NCBI GenBank assembly: GCA_016839585.1
Contig: JAEOTZ010000023.1
Span: 1-64,000, forward strand
Direction: 5' to 3'
DNA length: 64,000 bases
Source: Promethearchaeota archaeon
GTDB lineage: Archaea; Asgardarchaeota; Lokiarchaeia; Sigyniarchaeales; SOKP01
Program-made: the position numbers and the translations under genes
Notes under the pieces: model-generated
What the model was told of the DNA's origin: nothing
Database searches by the model: none
What the model saw: only the letters and a program-made list of their open reading frames with translations
In this document: piece by piece, positions 8,499-18,680 of the stretch
How the letters are laid out: the number at the start of each line of letters is the position of its first letter
Position numbering within the stretch: the first letter of the stretch is position 1

Positions 8499-10562
8499 TT
8501 AAAATTCCTCATTCCCATTATCTTCGAAAAGTTCTGAATATGGCTCAAGAAAATGATTCTGACACATTGGACATGAATTATATTTAGATAGCCAAAAAGC
8601 AACACAAAGATAATGATAAGTACTTGCACAAAACGGACAAGTTATAACTTTATCTCTTGCAAAGTTAATAAATTTATGACAAATTGTACATTGAACATCT
8701 GATTGCGCAATTCCCTTTCTAGTTTTAACTCGTGTAGATAAAATTTTCTCCAATTTTGATAATTCTACTTGATAAAGACCTAAAGAATGATTAAGTTGAT
8801 TAATCTTTGAATTTATTTCAACAATTCTTTCTTTTAACTCGTCTTCACTTAATCGTTCTGCTAAAAATGATGATAAAGCAAAATTAAGTGGTAATTCTTC
8901 AAAATTTTCAGTTTGTTCAGTAATTTCCGTAATCGTTGCGAATAAAAGCCCTTCCTTTTCAATCAATTCTTTAAAGCTTCTGAATAATTTATTTAATAAT
9001 AATGATATAAGAAATGCTAACTGTTGCCTTTTCCGATTAAAATTATCTTCCCAAAATTTGATGATTTGATAAAGGTCAACATCATGTGATTTAATAGAAT
9101 CTAACTTTTTATAGACCTCTTCTTTAATTATTTGGATTTTTTTATTAATATCACTTAAAATCTCTCTGATATGTTTTAATTGGGGAAATTCCTCTTTTAT
9201 TATTAACGATGTTTGATCCTCATATGCTCTAATTAAATCATTCACTGCTGAGATTTTCTCAGTAATAAAATCCCTAATATCCACTCTTAATTCTTCATTC
9301 TTAACAGTTTCAATAAAATTTAAATATTCATTTTTTCTACGGAAAATCTCAGATGCAACATTTGAAAGAATTTTTTTTAATGAGTCTGTTATATTCTCAT
9401 ATGGTTTTAAATGATTTTCAAATCTTAATATCCAATCTTCAATATCATCGATTATCGAAGAAAAATTATCAATCTTTCTATAATAGAAATTTGCTATTTC
9501 TTCAAATTCTGTTGATTGATTTACCTCATTAATCTTTTCTTGAAATTTTTTCTCTATACCATTGATAAAAATTTCAACAATTTTAGGAAAAAAAATACCA
9601 ATTTTCTGGTTTAAAATCGATTTTATATTAGTCTTACTATCCTTTTCTGAAAGAAGAAACTCTTCAACTTCATCAAGAACACTTTTCATTTTATCTTTAA
9701 TTACACTAATAGCTAAAGGACGGACAAAATCCTTTAAATGTTGTAAGACTTCTTTCCTTTCAAGAATATTTATAAACTCTTCTCCCTCATATTCTTCAAA
9801 AATATTGTTTTTATAAAGGAGGTAAATTAGATCTGAATAAGGCTTAATGTTTCCTTCATCTTTAGATAAATAATACTGATACAATTCATCAAAATGGAAT
9901 GATAAAATCCCTTCATCTTTATGTTTTTTTCCTTTTTTAGGAAAAACATCATTTAAACTTCTTATGAATACATAAAGATCCTTAATTTCATTCCAGTTTT
10001 CAAGTGTATTTGGCAATTTATTTAATTTAAAGTTTAAATTTTTAATTTTATTTGCCTCAATCCATAAATAAATCTCATTATCGTAGTTTATTTCAATTTT
10101 TATAAGAGAATTTTTAAGAGTAGAATGTATACTACTATACTCATCAATTAGATTTTTCAAGTTTGATAATAAAGCTTCTAAAAATGATTTTTTTTTAAAT
10201 AATCTTTTAATATTCCGATTATTTGAACTTAAATTTTGTAGATTTTTTGAAATAAGGCTTAGTTCTTCAACAATTTTTGATTTTAAATGATAAAAATTAA
10301 GTTTGCCATTTGATATTAACTCCTCAGAATTTAGCATATATAGATCCAAAAAAACTTTCAATTCATTTAAGTAATTTGAATATAAGTCAAGAATTGGAGT
10401 TGAAAGTTGTAATTTTGATTTTACATATTCCTCTATTTCAGATTCTCCAGCATTTTCTGTTTCAAAATTTACTAACTTCTTTTTTATCTCTAATAATTCT
10501 TCTTTAGTAAACCCACTTATTTCCTTAGTACCATCGAATAAATTATTGAAAAGATTCAACAT
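8499..10562 (-). CDS. Helical/coiled-coil protein with C-terminal RING-variant (C4HC3) finger; putative E3 ligase
   Basis: CTIC-x13-CPFC-x4-H-x2-C-VAFW-x6-CPMC. Confidence 0.75.
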   Translation of the reverse strand: MLNLFNNLFDGTKEISGFTKEELLEIKKKLVNFETENAGESEIEEYVKSKLQLSTPILDLYSNYLNELKVFLDLYMLNSEELISNGKLNFYHLKSKIVEELSLISKNLQNLSSNNRNIKRLFKKKSFLEALLSNLKNLIDEYSSIHSTLKNSLIKIEINYDNEIYLWIEANKIKNLNFKLNKLPNTLENWNEIKDLYVFIRSLNDVFPKKGKKHKDEGILSFHFDELYQYYLSKDEGNIKPYSDLIYLLYKNNIFEEYEGEEFINILERKEVLQHLKDFVRPLAISVIKDKMKSVLDEVEEFLLSEKDSKTNIKSILNQKIGIFFPKIVEIFINGIEKKFQEKINEVNQSTEFEEIANFYYRKIDNFSSIIDDIEDWILRFENHLKPYENITDSLKKILSNVASEIFRRKNEYLNFIETVKNEELRVDIRDFITEKISAVNDLIRAYEDQTSLIIKEEFPQLKHIREILSDINKKIQIIKEEVYKKLDSIKSHDVDLYQIIKFWEDNFNRKRQQLAFLISLLLNKLFRSFKELIEKEGLLFATITEITEQTENFEELPLNFALSSFLAERLSEDELKERIVEINSKINQLNHSLGLYQVELSKLEKILSTRVKTRKGIAQSDVQCTICHKFINFARDKVITCPFCASTYHYLCVAFWLSKYNSCPMCQNHFLEPYSELFEDNGNEEF

Positions 10563-10669
10563 AAAAATACTAAGTATTAATAGATTAGCTTATAATAATT
10601 AGAAATATATCATACAATAAATTCTTAATGATTAAAAAGAAATTAATTCTTAAGAAGGAGGGCTCTAAA

Positions 10670-11287
10670 TTATTCTCCTAACCCTTTTATTTCTATAAAT
10701 TTTTCTTCAGCACCGTCTTTAGTTATTATCAGAAGATCAATCCCATTACCACTCATAGCATCTCGTTTAATCGATGTACTAATTGCTTTTTCCACTAATT
10801 GTTCCCCTTCTGTAACTGTCATATCTGGTCTATAGTCTGCTTCTAAAATACCCATTGAAAGAAGCATTCCTGTTCCTGCTGTTCCATAATCTTCAGGCAT
10901 TAATGAACCAAGGGCATCTAAAACATATAATTTAGGGCCATCTTTATCCATTCCAGCTATAATTATATTCGTATACAAGGGCATCATTTTTCTTGAATAC
11001 AAATAATTTGAAACTAGCTTACCTAAACTCTTAGTAGAAATTTTCTCTCCTGCTTCTATAAGATATAAATTTGCCTGAGCTTGTAAAATCTTAACTAAAA
11101 TTTGGAAATCTCCAATTAATCCATATGCTGCTAATCCAATATAATCAGTTATCTTAAAGACTTTCTTTGTGGATTTACTTGTTACTGTATAACCCCATGT
11201 TGCTCGTCTGTCATTTCCAAGCACAACACCATCTTTACATTTTAATGCTACACCACAAGCACCGGGGACACTTATTTGTTGAGCCAT
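10670..11287 (-). CDS. psmB: Proteasome beta subunit
   Basis: DGVVLGNDRRAT, KKVFKI, GLIGD, RDAMSGNG. The expected catalytic Thr1 position reads Ala (PG|ACGV). Confidence 0.92.
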   Translation of the reverse strand: MAQQISVPGACGVALKCKDGVVLGNDRRATWGYTVTSKSTKKVFKITDYIGLAAYGLIGDFQILVKILQAQANLYLIEAGEKISTKSLGKLVSNYLYSRKMMPLYTNIIIAGMDKDGPKLYVLDALGSLMPEDYGTAGTGMLLSMGILEADYRPDMTVTEGEQLVEKAISTSIKRDAMSGNGIDLLIITKDGAEEKFIEIKGLGE

Positions 11288-11506
11288 ATAAATTTGCCTA
11301 TTAGAATTTAATTGTTAAAATATAGAGATCTTTTGATAATATAAAATAATCTGAATTAATTAAAATTTTTCTTTTAAATTATAAAATTTTACTCAATACA
11401 TCAAAAAATAAATTTTATTTATTATAATTCTACATATATTATTTTTCATATTTAATTTAACCATGTGAATTATAGATTGAAGATAATTTTTACTTGTTAA
11501 TTCAAC

Positions 11507-11890
11507 TATGACTAAATGTTTATGATCAGATAATAAATAAAATGATATTAAGTGGGGATTATTTATTTCAATAAAAAATTTTTTAATTCCTAATTGAATT
11601 ATAATAAAACCTATATTATGAATGAATTTTTCAATATTAATATTTGAACAATTGTGATACTAAATAAACTAATTCATATTTTTAGTATGATCATTGAGTT
11701 AGTGATCCTATATAGGATGGTAAAACATTTATTGTGGATTGCTAATTTTCATTAAAATTTTTTTAATTCCCCATTAAACCATAATAAAAACCAATTTAAA
11801 GATCTTTTACTCAATCTTGTTATTTGAATTATTTTGATTCTAACAAAATTAATTCATATTCTTTGTATGATCAACCAACACGTGATCATA
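11507..11890. repeat. Imperfect 180-bp tandem repeat with TATGATCA-N9-TGATCATA dyads
   Basis: 11581 ttttaattcc..ataataaaa vs 11761 same. 11641 tatttgaa..aattcatatt..gtatgatca vs 11821 same. Right half-sites at 11523, 11703, 11883. Confidence 0.85.
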
Positions 11891-12090
11891 GAAAGTTACC
11901 ATTTAATTGAAATATAAATTTTTTGTCGTAATTTTTTTCCCATTTAACTCTTTTTATTCTTCTGATTCGCCATAACATTTAAATAACTCTTCACATATAA
12001 TATTATCTAAGACACTTTAAAAATAAATTAAAAAAAAATTAAAACCTTAAATTTTTAAAATTTCCAATTAAAAAGTGGAGGAAAAAAATT

Positions 12091-12309
12091 ATGGCAAAAA
12101 AGAAACATTCCTTTGCATGGAGCCCAATTCGTCGACTGATGAAACAACAAGGTGCAACAATCGTAGCTCGAAACGCAGTTGATCTATTAATTGATCATTT
12201 AGAAAAAACAGCCTCGAAATTAACTGAACAGGCAAGATCATTCACAACTCATGCAAATCGAAAGAAGATAACAAAGAACGACCTTCTTCTTTCAATAAAA
12301 TATAAATAA
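12091..12309 (+). CDS. Archaeal histone (HMf-like fold)
   Basis: SPIRRLMKQQGA..V, HANRKKITKND; GGAGG SD. Confidence 0.93.
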   Translation: MAKKKHSFAWSPIRRLMKQQGATIVARNAVDLLIDHLEKTASKLTEQARSFTTHANRKKITKNDLLLSIKYK

Positions 12310-12520
12310 ATTAAATTATAATTAGATTGGATTTCAAAAATAACAAATTCCTTTTTTTTCCTTTTTTTTGTCTTACATTCAAATTGAGTTAAAAGTAAAT
12401 TGTAATCTATATTTTTAGATTAATCCTTTAATAGTTGGATTTTAAAATATTTGAATAAAAATAAATAGTAACCAAAATGTATTTTTTAATCCATAAATTA
12501 TTAATCATAGATAATTATAA

Positions 12521-13186
12521 GTGATAAAATGGATGCAAATGGCTGAAAATTCGGAAGAAAATAATCATATGCAAGTAAATGGAAAAGCAAAAGAAATATT
12601 ATTTCAATCTATGGAATTGATAATGAAGAATCTTCAGGAAAATATGGAGCATCTTAATAAACCTAGACATTTTAAACATACCCAAAAATTTATTGAAATG
12701 GTTCATGATGGTTTAGTGAATAAGAGAAGATTTTTCTTATTAGCGTCGGGGAGAAGTGCTTTTATATTACAATGTTTTGCTACGAGATTAGTCCATCTTG
12801 GAGCAGAGATATATGTGGTTACTAATTTAGCAAGTATGCCTGCTCTTACAAGCAATGATATTCTAATTGTTCTTTCGGGATCAGGAACTACGGATATTGT
12901 TGTGTCGCTTCTAAAAAATTTTGTAAATACTGTTAAACCTTTTGGAATAGTCGCAATTACCTCTCATCCCGAAACCATTATCGGGAGGGCAGGAGATGTT
13001 ACAATTAAGCTTAAAGGTAGAACTAAAAAAGATAAAGTGACAGGAGATACTGCTGTTTTAACACCGGAAGGTACCATGTTTGAGGCTGCCGCGTTCAGCT
13101 ATTTGGATGCAATTATAGCTGAATTAGCCATTAAGCTTGGTAAAACTGATGAGGACATGCTCAAGAAGCATTCCCAGACTACATAA
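12521..13186 (+). CDS. SIS-domain sugar-phosphate isomerase (6-phospho-3-hexuloisomerase-like)
   Basis: SGRS, RLVHLG, SGSGTT, PEGTMFE, LKKH. Confidence 0.85.
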   Translation: MIKWMQMAENSEENNHMQVNGKAKEILFQSMELIMKNLQENMEHLNKPRHFKHTQKFIEMVHDGLVNKRRFFLLASGRSAFILQCFATRLVHLGAEIYVVTNLASMPALTSNDILIVLSGSGTTDIVVSLLKNFVNTVKPFGIVAITSHPETIIGRAGDVTIKLKGRTKKDKVTGDTAVLTPEGTMFEAAAFSYLDAIIAELAIKLGKTDEDMLKKHSQTT

Positions 13187-13223
13187 CTTTACTTTTTAAT
13201 GACTAATTTGAATAATTATTATA

Positions 13224-13293
13224 TGCGCCGATTTATAGTGTTTTTATGAGAAATTAGTTTGATGAATAAAAATCTCCAAATCGGCGCACACTT
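13224..13293 (+). ncRNA. Box H/ACA pseudouridylation guide RNA (single hairpin with K-loop); predicted target 23S rRNA helix 69 U1911
   Basis: Stem GCGCCGATTT/AAATCGGCGC, pocket ATAGT/CTCC, upper stem GTTTTTAT/ATAAAAAT, TGA...TGATGA K-loop, ACA at 13288-13290 lying 14 nt from the pocket top. Confidence 0.85.
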
Positions 13294-14162
13294 TACATGA
13301 GTAAGGCGCCAATTGCAGCACAAAATTCTGAATTCTTTAAGAATATTGCTTTTTTTTTGCTTACCTTACAAATTAGTGATAAAATTTTCTTTGCTAGCCT
13401 ATTTTCTTTTAAAAATCCACCACAAAAAACAATACTTAAAATATCATTATTGTCAGCTATTAAGTTTGCAATTGAGCCTATATTTTCCCCAATCATGCAT
13501 ATTATTGAATTAATAAAATCCTCCTTTAACAAATTATTAATGTCAAAATTTAAATCAATCTTTCCTAAGGATGCCGCTGTAAACTCCCTAAATAGTAAAT
13601 CAACTCTGTCATCTTCAGGAGCATAAATATCAGAAACCTTTAAATCAACATTATATCTAGTTCCTTGTTTAGCTAGGTTTAAAGCCTCTTGGAAATCATC
13701 TAAGTTGTACAAAATTTTAATCAATCCCATTAAAAAGCCTCCTCCCAAAGCAGAACCACCTAAGTGCTCAACAGAATCTTTTTTTGAAACCATCGAGGTT
13801 CCTGTTCCAATAGTCACAATTAACGAAGAAGATATCTCTTTCTTTTTTTCTAATAAATGAAGGATTTCAATTCCTTTAACATTAGCTTTAAATTCATTTA
13901 TTAATTTTGTTTCAACTATTTTTGAATAGTATTGATATAAATTGAAGCTTTTTCCACCTGTAAAATTAATTTTTTTAATTTGCTTTATATTCGACTCTAA
14001 AGCTATTTTGAGTGGACTTAAATCAGATTGAGTTAGATAGTAATATAATTGTAATTTATCACCATTTAAATATGCAATCTTTGAAAGAGTTTGTCCCATA
14101 TCGACTCCAATTGTATCTGTTGGTATTTTAACATATAGCTTATCTACATTTATATTGAACAT
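13293..14162 (-). CDS. Type II pantothenate kinase (Fumble/CoaW-like)
   Basis: GVDMGQTLSK, FTGGK, INEF, IGTGTS, GGSALGGG, DLKVSDIY, AASLGK. Confidence 0.88.
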   Translation of the reverse strand: MFNINVDKLYVKIPTDTIGVDMGQTLSKIAYLNGDKLQLYYYLTQSDLSPLKIALESNIKQIKKINFTGGKSFNLYQYYSKIVETKLINEFKANVKGIEILHLLEKKKEISSSLIVTIGTGTSMVSKKDSVEHLGGSALGGGFLMGLIKILYNLDDFQEALNLAKQGTRYNVDLKVSDIYAPEDDRVDLLFREFTAASLGKIDLNFDINNLLKEDFINSIICMIGENIGSIANLIADNNDILSIVFCGGFLKENRLAKKILSLICKVSKKKAIFLKNSEFCAAIGALLM

Positions 14163-14252
14163 CTTTTTTATTCCTTAACTTAAAATTCTATTCTTTCATT
14201 ATTTTATATTAATATTTCAATTTAATAAATCAATTTTGTAAAACATTCTTAC

Positions 14253-15725
14253 ATGATAGAGAAATTAAACTCTGAAAATGCTGAAGTTGCAATAATTAAG
14301 GGAAATACTCCAAAAGAGGGTGTTCTGGAAGGAATTGAGAAACTTGGTGGAATCTCCAAATTTATTAATGAAGGAGATCAAGTTTTTATTAAATTTAATT
14401 TAAATTTACCTCACGGATTTCCAACAAACACCAATTTTAATGTATTAAAGGCATTAATTAAATCGTGTAAGAAGGCAGGGGCTGACAAAATCTACTTGGG
14501 AAGTTTTCCAGTTAAAGGTTTTTCAATTTATGCAATTTCAAATTTATTAGGGCTTCATAACTATTTTAAAACTCTTGGAGCAGAATTAGTATATTTAGAT
14601 AATAGTAACTATTATAACCAGAAAGGAATAAAATCAGATAAATTAAAAGAAATTAAGGAAAAATCATTTTCAAAAGTTGAAGTATATAATAAGGAAGTAA
14701 AATTTCCAAACGTAGTCCTTAATTCAGATAAATTAATATTAGTAAATCAAGTTAATGTAGAGCCTTTATTCAAATGTAATTTATCAATATTAAATTACTA
14801 TTCAATCATTCCAAATGCATATCAGAAAATTGATAAAAATGTACGGGTAGGAAAAGATTATTTATTTCTTGATCAATACAAACAAGATCTAGTTTCAAAA
14901 ATTATTGACATTTCTACAATAAAAAAACCCGATTTAGTAATAAATGATCTATTTTATATAATGGAAGAAGCTGGTCCGTATATTTATAAGGATTCAAAAC
15001 TAAAAACTACAGGCTTAGTTATTGTTGGTAATGATCCTATTGCTGTTGATTTAATTACGTTAAATCTAATGAATATTAATAAGGTTGATAGTAAACTAAT
15101 TTTGGAAGCTCAAAATAAAAGAGTAGGTATTACAGATATTTCAAAAATAAATATCTTGGGAGAAAAAATCGAAGATATTAGTATAAATGTTTCTTTATGT
15201 GCATCGAAGCTTGAAAATATTAAAACACCAAATTTTTCAATTAGATCAGGCAGGTTTTGTTCAGGATGTTCAAAACAGGCTTATCATTTTTTAAATTTTA
15301 TAAAAATGCATATGGAAAAAGATTTAAAATATAATCCAAAAAATTCGTTTTTGATTGGGGAAAATCCCTTAGATCCAGAATATTTTGAACATATTATTCT
15401 ATTTGGAGATTGTTGTATTAATAGCACAAAAAATCGTAGTTTTAGAGAAGATATGAAGAGATCTCATAAAAATGTCGCAAATGAATCAAAACAGAAAAAA
15501 TTTAAAAAAGTAAAATCCACAAAAAAGGGAAAAACTAAGGTAAAATTAAATAAAAAAATATTGGAATTGCCAGGATGCCCACCCGACATATTTAGCTCTC
15601 TAGAACTATTATTAGATTATTATGGAAAAAAAAACTCTCCAAATTTAAAGTTAATTAGTGAAATAATAAAATCATGGAGATCTCAACAAACTAAAGAAAA
15701 ATTGGAGTTATGGGAGGCGCTCTAA
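14253..15725 (+). CDS. DUF362-family Fe-S protein
   Basis: GGISKFI.EGDQVFIK, DPIAVD, CSGC, GDCC, LPGCPP. Confidence 0.8.
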   Translation: MIEKLNSENAEVAIIKGNTPKEGVLEGIEKLGGISKFINEGDQVFIKFNLNLPHGFPTNTNFNVLKALIKSCKKAGADKIYLGSFPVKGFSIYAISNLLGLHNYFKTLGAELVYLDNSNYYNQKGIKSDKLKEIKEKSFSKVEVYNKEVKFPNVVLNSDKLILVNQVNVEPLFKCNLSILNYYSIIPNAYQKIDKNVRVGKDYLFLDQYKQDLVSKIIDISTIKKPDLVINDLFYIMEEAGPYIYKDSKLKTTGLVIVGNDPIAVDLITLNLMNINKVDSKLILEAQNKRVGITDISKINILGEKIEDISINVSLCASKLENIKTPNFSIRSGRFCSGCSKQAYHFLNFIKMHMEKDLKYNPKNSFLIGENPLDPEYFEHIILFGDCCINSTKNRSFREDMKRSHKNVANESKQKKFKKVKSTKKGKTKVKLNKKILELPGCPPDIFSSLELLLDYYGKKNSPNLKLISEIIKSWRSQQTKEKLELWEAL

Positions 15726-15726
15726 A

Positions 15727-17310
15727 ATGATGATCAATGAAAAATTCAAAAATAACTGGAAAAAAATCATTGATTTTAATTCTAAAGTAAATATTGTAGA
15801 AGATATCAAAGGGTTAAAAGAAATTGTTAGAATTCCCTTAACACCTATAAATCTAGAAGCGAATATTTTATATTATTTATTCGAAATTTTTTATCCAAAA
15901 TTTATAACTGATCAACAAAATATACTTGACCTTATTATCTCTGAAGAAGATATTAAGAATAAAACGTTAGGAATATATTTATATCCTACAAAAAAAGCTG
16001 GTATACATGAAAAAATTGAAAAATTTCCTATAGATATCATTAAAATTAAAGAAAAAGATTTTGATGATTTTGATGAATTATTTACAAATCTTCAAAAAAC
16101 TATATTGAAAAAAAAGGCAATAAGGATATCAAGCTTTCGATTATTTAAGAAAACTGCGATAGATTTATTAAATAAATATTGTGACCATATTGAAACTCTT
16201 TCAAATTATGAGTTTATAAAGAGATTTTTAGATTTAATTCAGGATTTAATTGAGAATGATTTATTTTATATATATCCTGAACCCAATATTTATAGATTTT
16301 TAAAAAAAATTATAACACTATTGAATGGAATTAAATTATCTAAAATTTTTGAATTAATTAACGAATTTACCCCTGTTTTTAATCTTTTATTTATTCTTAA
16401 TTCTAAAAATTTAGTATTAACTTCTCAAATCCAAAAAAAGATTTCTAAAACAAAGATATCAGAGATTTTATTAAAAATAGATAAGCTTGATGAATTTAGA
16501 GTTAATGAAAATCCTCCAAATATTCATGATACAATGATACAGAATAAACTAAAATTTAAAGTTGATAATGTAATATACCTAAGCCAAAATGATATTTTGT
16601 CTTTTTTTTCAGAGTTATTCGATTTGGAAATCCCATTGAATAAGGATAGTACAAATCTTATTGCTCAAAAAGTTTTATTTGGATATAGACGTTTTGAAGA
16701 TCGTTGGAATATTGCTCTACGACCGACTATTTATAATAATCTTAGAAGATTCATATTTAGACTTTTTGGCTTTAATTTGAATCTTAAAAAAATCTCACAT
16801 TGGACAATTCCTAAATTGCTCTCTAATTGTATCAATGTCTACTTTGGATTAAATTCTAAGGTTTTAGTTCTTTTAACTAATATTCAAAACTATAAAAACT
16901 TAAATTTAAAAACAATAGATTATCTAAAAGTTGCTTCAGAAAATATTTTCTTATTAGAAATTGAGAATAGTTCCTTGACGAAAGTAATCCCAATTAAAAG
17001 ATCTAATCTTTTTTCTAGTAAAATTGAATCTCTTGAACTAATAAGATCAAAGATTTCTGAAACTTATGGCTTTATATCATCAATATTAATAATCGATAAA
17101 TATCTGATGATGAAATTTTTAGAGCTATTTGTTTTTAAATTAATTAAATTTTCTCCCTTTAAAAAATTAAAGACAATGAAATTATTTAAAGAAAAATCTT
17201 ATTTCAATATGTATCCAGAGCCTCCAATTTATAAATTGTTCCAACAAAAACGAATTATTTCATTTTTAAGATTAATATTGCCCATTTTGATTGATAAACA
17301 TGAATTTTAA
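15727..17310 (+). CDS. Hypothetical protein, directly downstream of the DUF362 gene
   Basis: 527-aa ORF starting 1 nt after the upstream stop; no motif recognised. Confidence 0.7.
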   Translation: MMINEKFKNNWKKIIDFNSKVNIVEDIKGLKEIVRIPLTPINLEANILYYLFEIFYPKFITDQQNILDLIISEEDIKNKTLGIYLYPTKKAGIHEKIEKFPIDIIKIKEKDFDDFDELFTNLQKTILKKKAIRISSFRLFKKTAIDLLNKYCDHIETLSNYEFIKRFLDLIQDLIENDLFYIYPEPNIYRFLKKIITLLNGIKLSKIFELINEFTPVFNLLFILNSKNLVLTSQIQKKISKTKISEILLKIDKLDEFRVNENPPNIHDTMIQNKLKFKVDNVIYLSQNDILSFFSELFDLEIPLNKDSTNLIAQKVLFGYRRFEDRWNIALRPTIYNNLRRFIFRLFGFNLNLKKISHWTIPKLLSNCINVYFGLNSKVLVLLTNIQNYKNLNLKTIDYLKVASENIFLLEIENSSLTKVIPIKRSNLFSSKIESLELIRSKISETYGFISSILIIDKYLMMKFLELFVFKLIKFSPFKKLKTMKLFKEKSYFNMYPEPPIYKLFQQKRIISFLRLILPILIDKHEF

Positions 17311-17359
17311 TGACAATTCATGTTTTTAATTCATTTATCCTAAAAAAAATAATATTAAC

Positions 17360-18463
17360 TTATTTGATAAATCCTTTTGCTACTAGAAGTTCTGCATTTA
17401 ATATAGCACCACCAGCTGCCCCTCGTACAGTATTATGACTTAAAGCTACAAATTTAACATCAAGTACATTATCCTTTCTTAATCTACCAATTGTTACTGC
17501 CATACCTTTGTCATTATCTCTATCTTTTTTGGGTTGCGGCCTATCTATCTCCTCTAAGTAAATTATTGGTTGTTTTGGAGCAAATGGTAAGTTTAATTCT
17601 TGAGGAACTGATTTGAATTCTTTCCAAATTTTTAAAATTTCTTCTATTGTTGGTTTATTATCTTTAAATTTTAAATTTATACAGGCAATATGACCATAAG
17701 TTACGGGAACCCGAGTACATGTTGTACTAATTTGAATCGAATCATTATTAACTATTCCACTATCAGTGACTGTTCCTAATATTTTTAAAGGCTCTTTTTC
17801 AGATTTTTCTTCCTCACCATTAATATAGGGAATAATATTATCAATAATGTCTAGAGATGGCACTCCTGGATGACCTGCTCCAGAAACCGCTTGTAAAGTA
17901 GTTACTATCATTTTTTCTACTTTATAACCTGCTTTTTCTAAAGCATAAATAGGAGTCATAAAACTTTGAATTGAACAATTTGGTTTGACAGAAACAAAGC
18001 CCTTAGAAAAACCTCTCCTTTTCTGCTGAATAGGAATAACATTAATATGATCGTGATTAATTTCACCGATAATCATAGGTACATCAGGAGTCCATCTATG
18101 AGCAGAATTATTAGATATTACGACAATTCCCTTTTCGGCATATTTAAATTCGAGCTCTTTTATTTTCTCTTTAGTGGGCATTGTTATAGCAGAAAACATT
18201 AAGCTAACTCCTGAAGGGATAGATTTGAAATCTTGGACATCTCTTACTATCAAATCCTTAATATTAGATGATATTGATATTGGCATTTGCCACTTGGTCT
18301 TTACAGCTTCTTCATATTTCTTTCCTGCTGATTTTGGAGATGCAGCAACGTCTACTATTTGAAACCAAGGATGATTTTGTAATAACTTTATATAATTCTG
18401 ACCTACTACACCTGTGGCTCCTAAGATCCCTATAGGAATATTTTTTTCTTTCAGTAAGATCAA
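17360..18463 (-). CDS. asd: Aspartate-semialdehyde dehydrogenase (archaeal type)
   Basis: GILGATGVVGQ, KPNCS, QAVSGAG, CTRVP, HNTVRGAAG. Confidence 0.96.
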   Translation of the reverse strand: MILLKEKNIPIGILGATGVVGQNYIKLLQNHPWFQIVDVAASPKSAGKKYEEAVKTKWQMPISISSNIKDLIVRDVQDFKSIPSGVSLMFSAITMPTKEKIKELEFKYAEKGIVVISNNSAHRWTPDVPMIIGEINHDHINVIPIQQKRRGFSKGFVSVKPNCSIQSFMTPIYALEKAGYKVEKMIVTTLQAVSGAGHPGVPSLDIIDNIIPYINGEEEKSEKEPLKILGTVTDSGIVNNDSIQISTTCTRVPVTYGHIACINLKFKDNKPTIEEILKIWKEFKSVPQELNLPFAPKQPIIYLEEIDRPQPKKDRDNDKGMAVTIGRLRKDNVLDVKFVALSHNTVRGAAGGAILNAELLVAKGFIK

Positions 18464-18680
18464 CCTGTTAAATTTTATGTTTTAATTTTTAATGAGTTAA
18501 TATTGAATAACTTTTAGATTTTTACCTAAATATACTTTGAGCTTTTCTTTGAAATTTTAAACCATCATCATTTTATTAAGTTTTTAATTATTAGAAACGT
18601 TATTATGTATCAGACTAGTGAATTTGTTTGATTAAAAAAATAAAATATCATTTATAATAAATATTTAGAAGTGGAATTTT

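Noticed and set aside
11507-11890. CRISPR array interpretation of the periodic repeat
   Set aside because: The whole 180-bp unit is similar, there are no unique spacers, and no cas genes were seen.
13224-13290. SECIS or simple terminator interpretation of the hairpin
   Set aside because: The upstream gene has no in-frame TGA. The pocket, K-loop and ACA spacing fit an H/ACA guide better.
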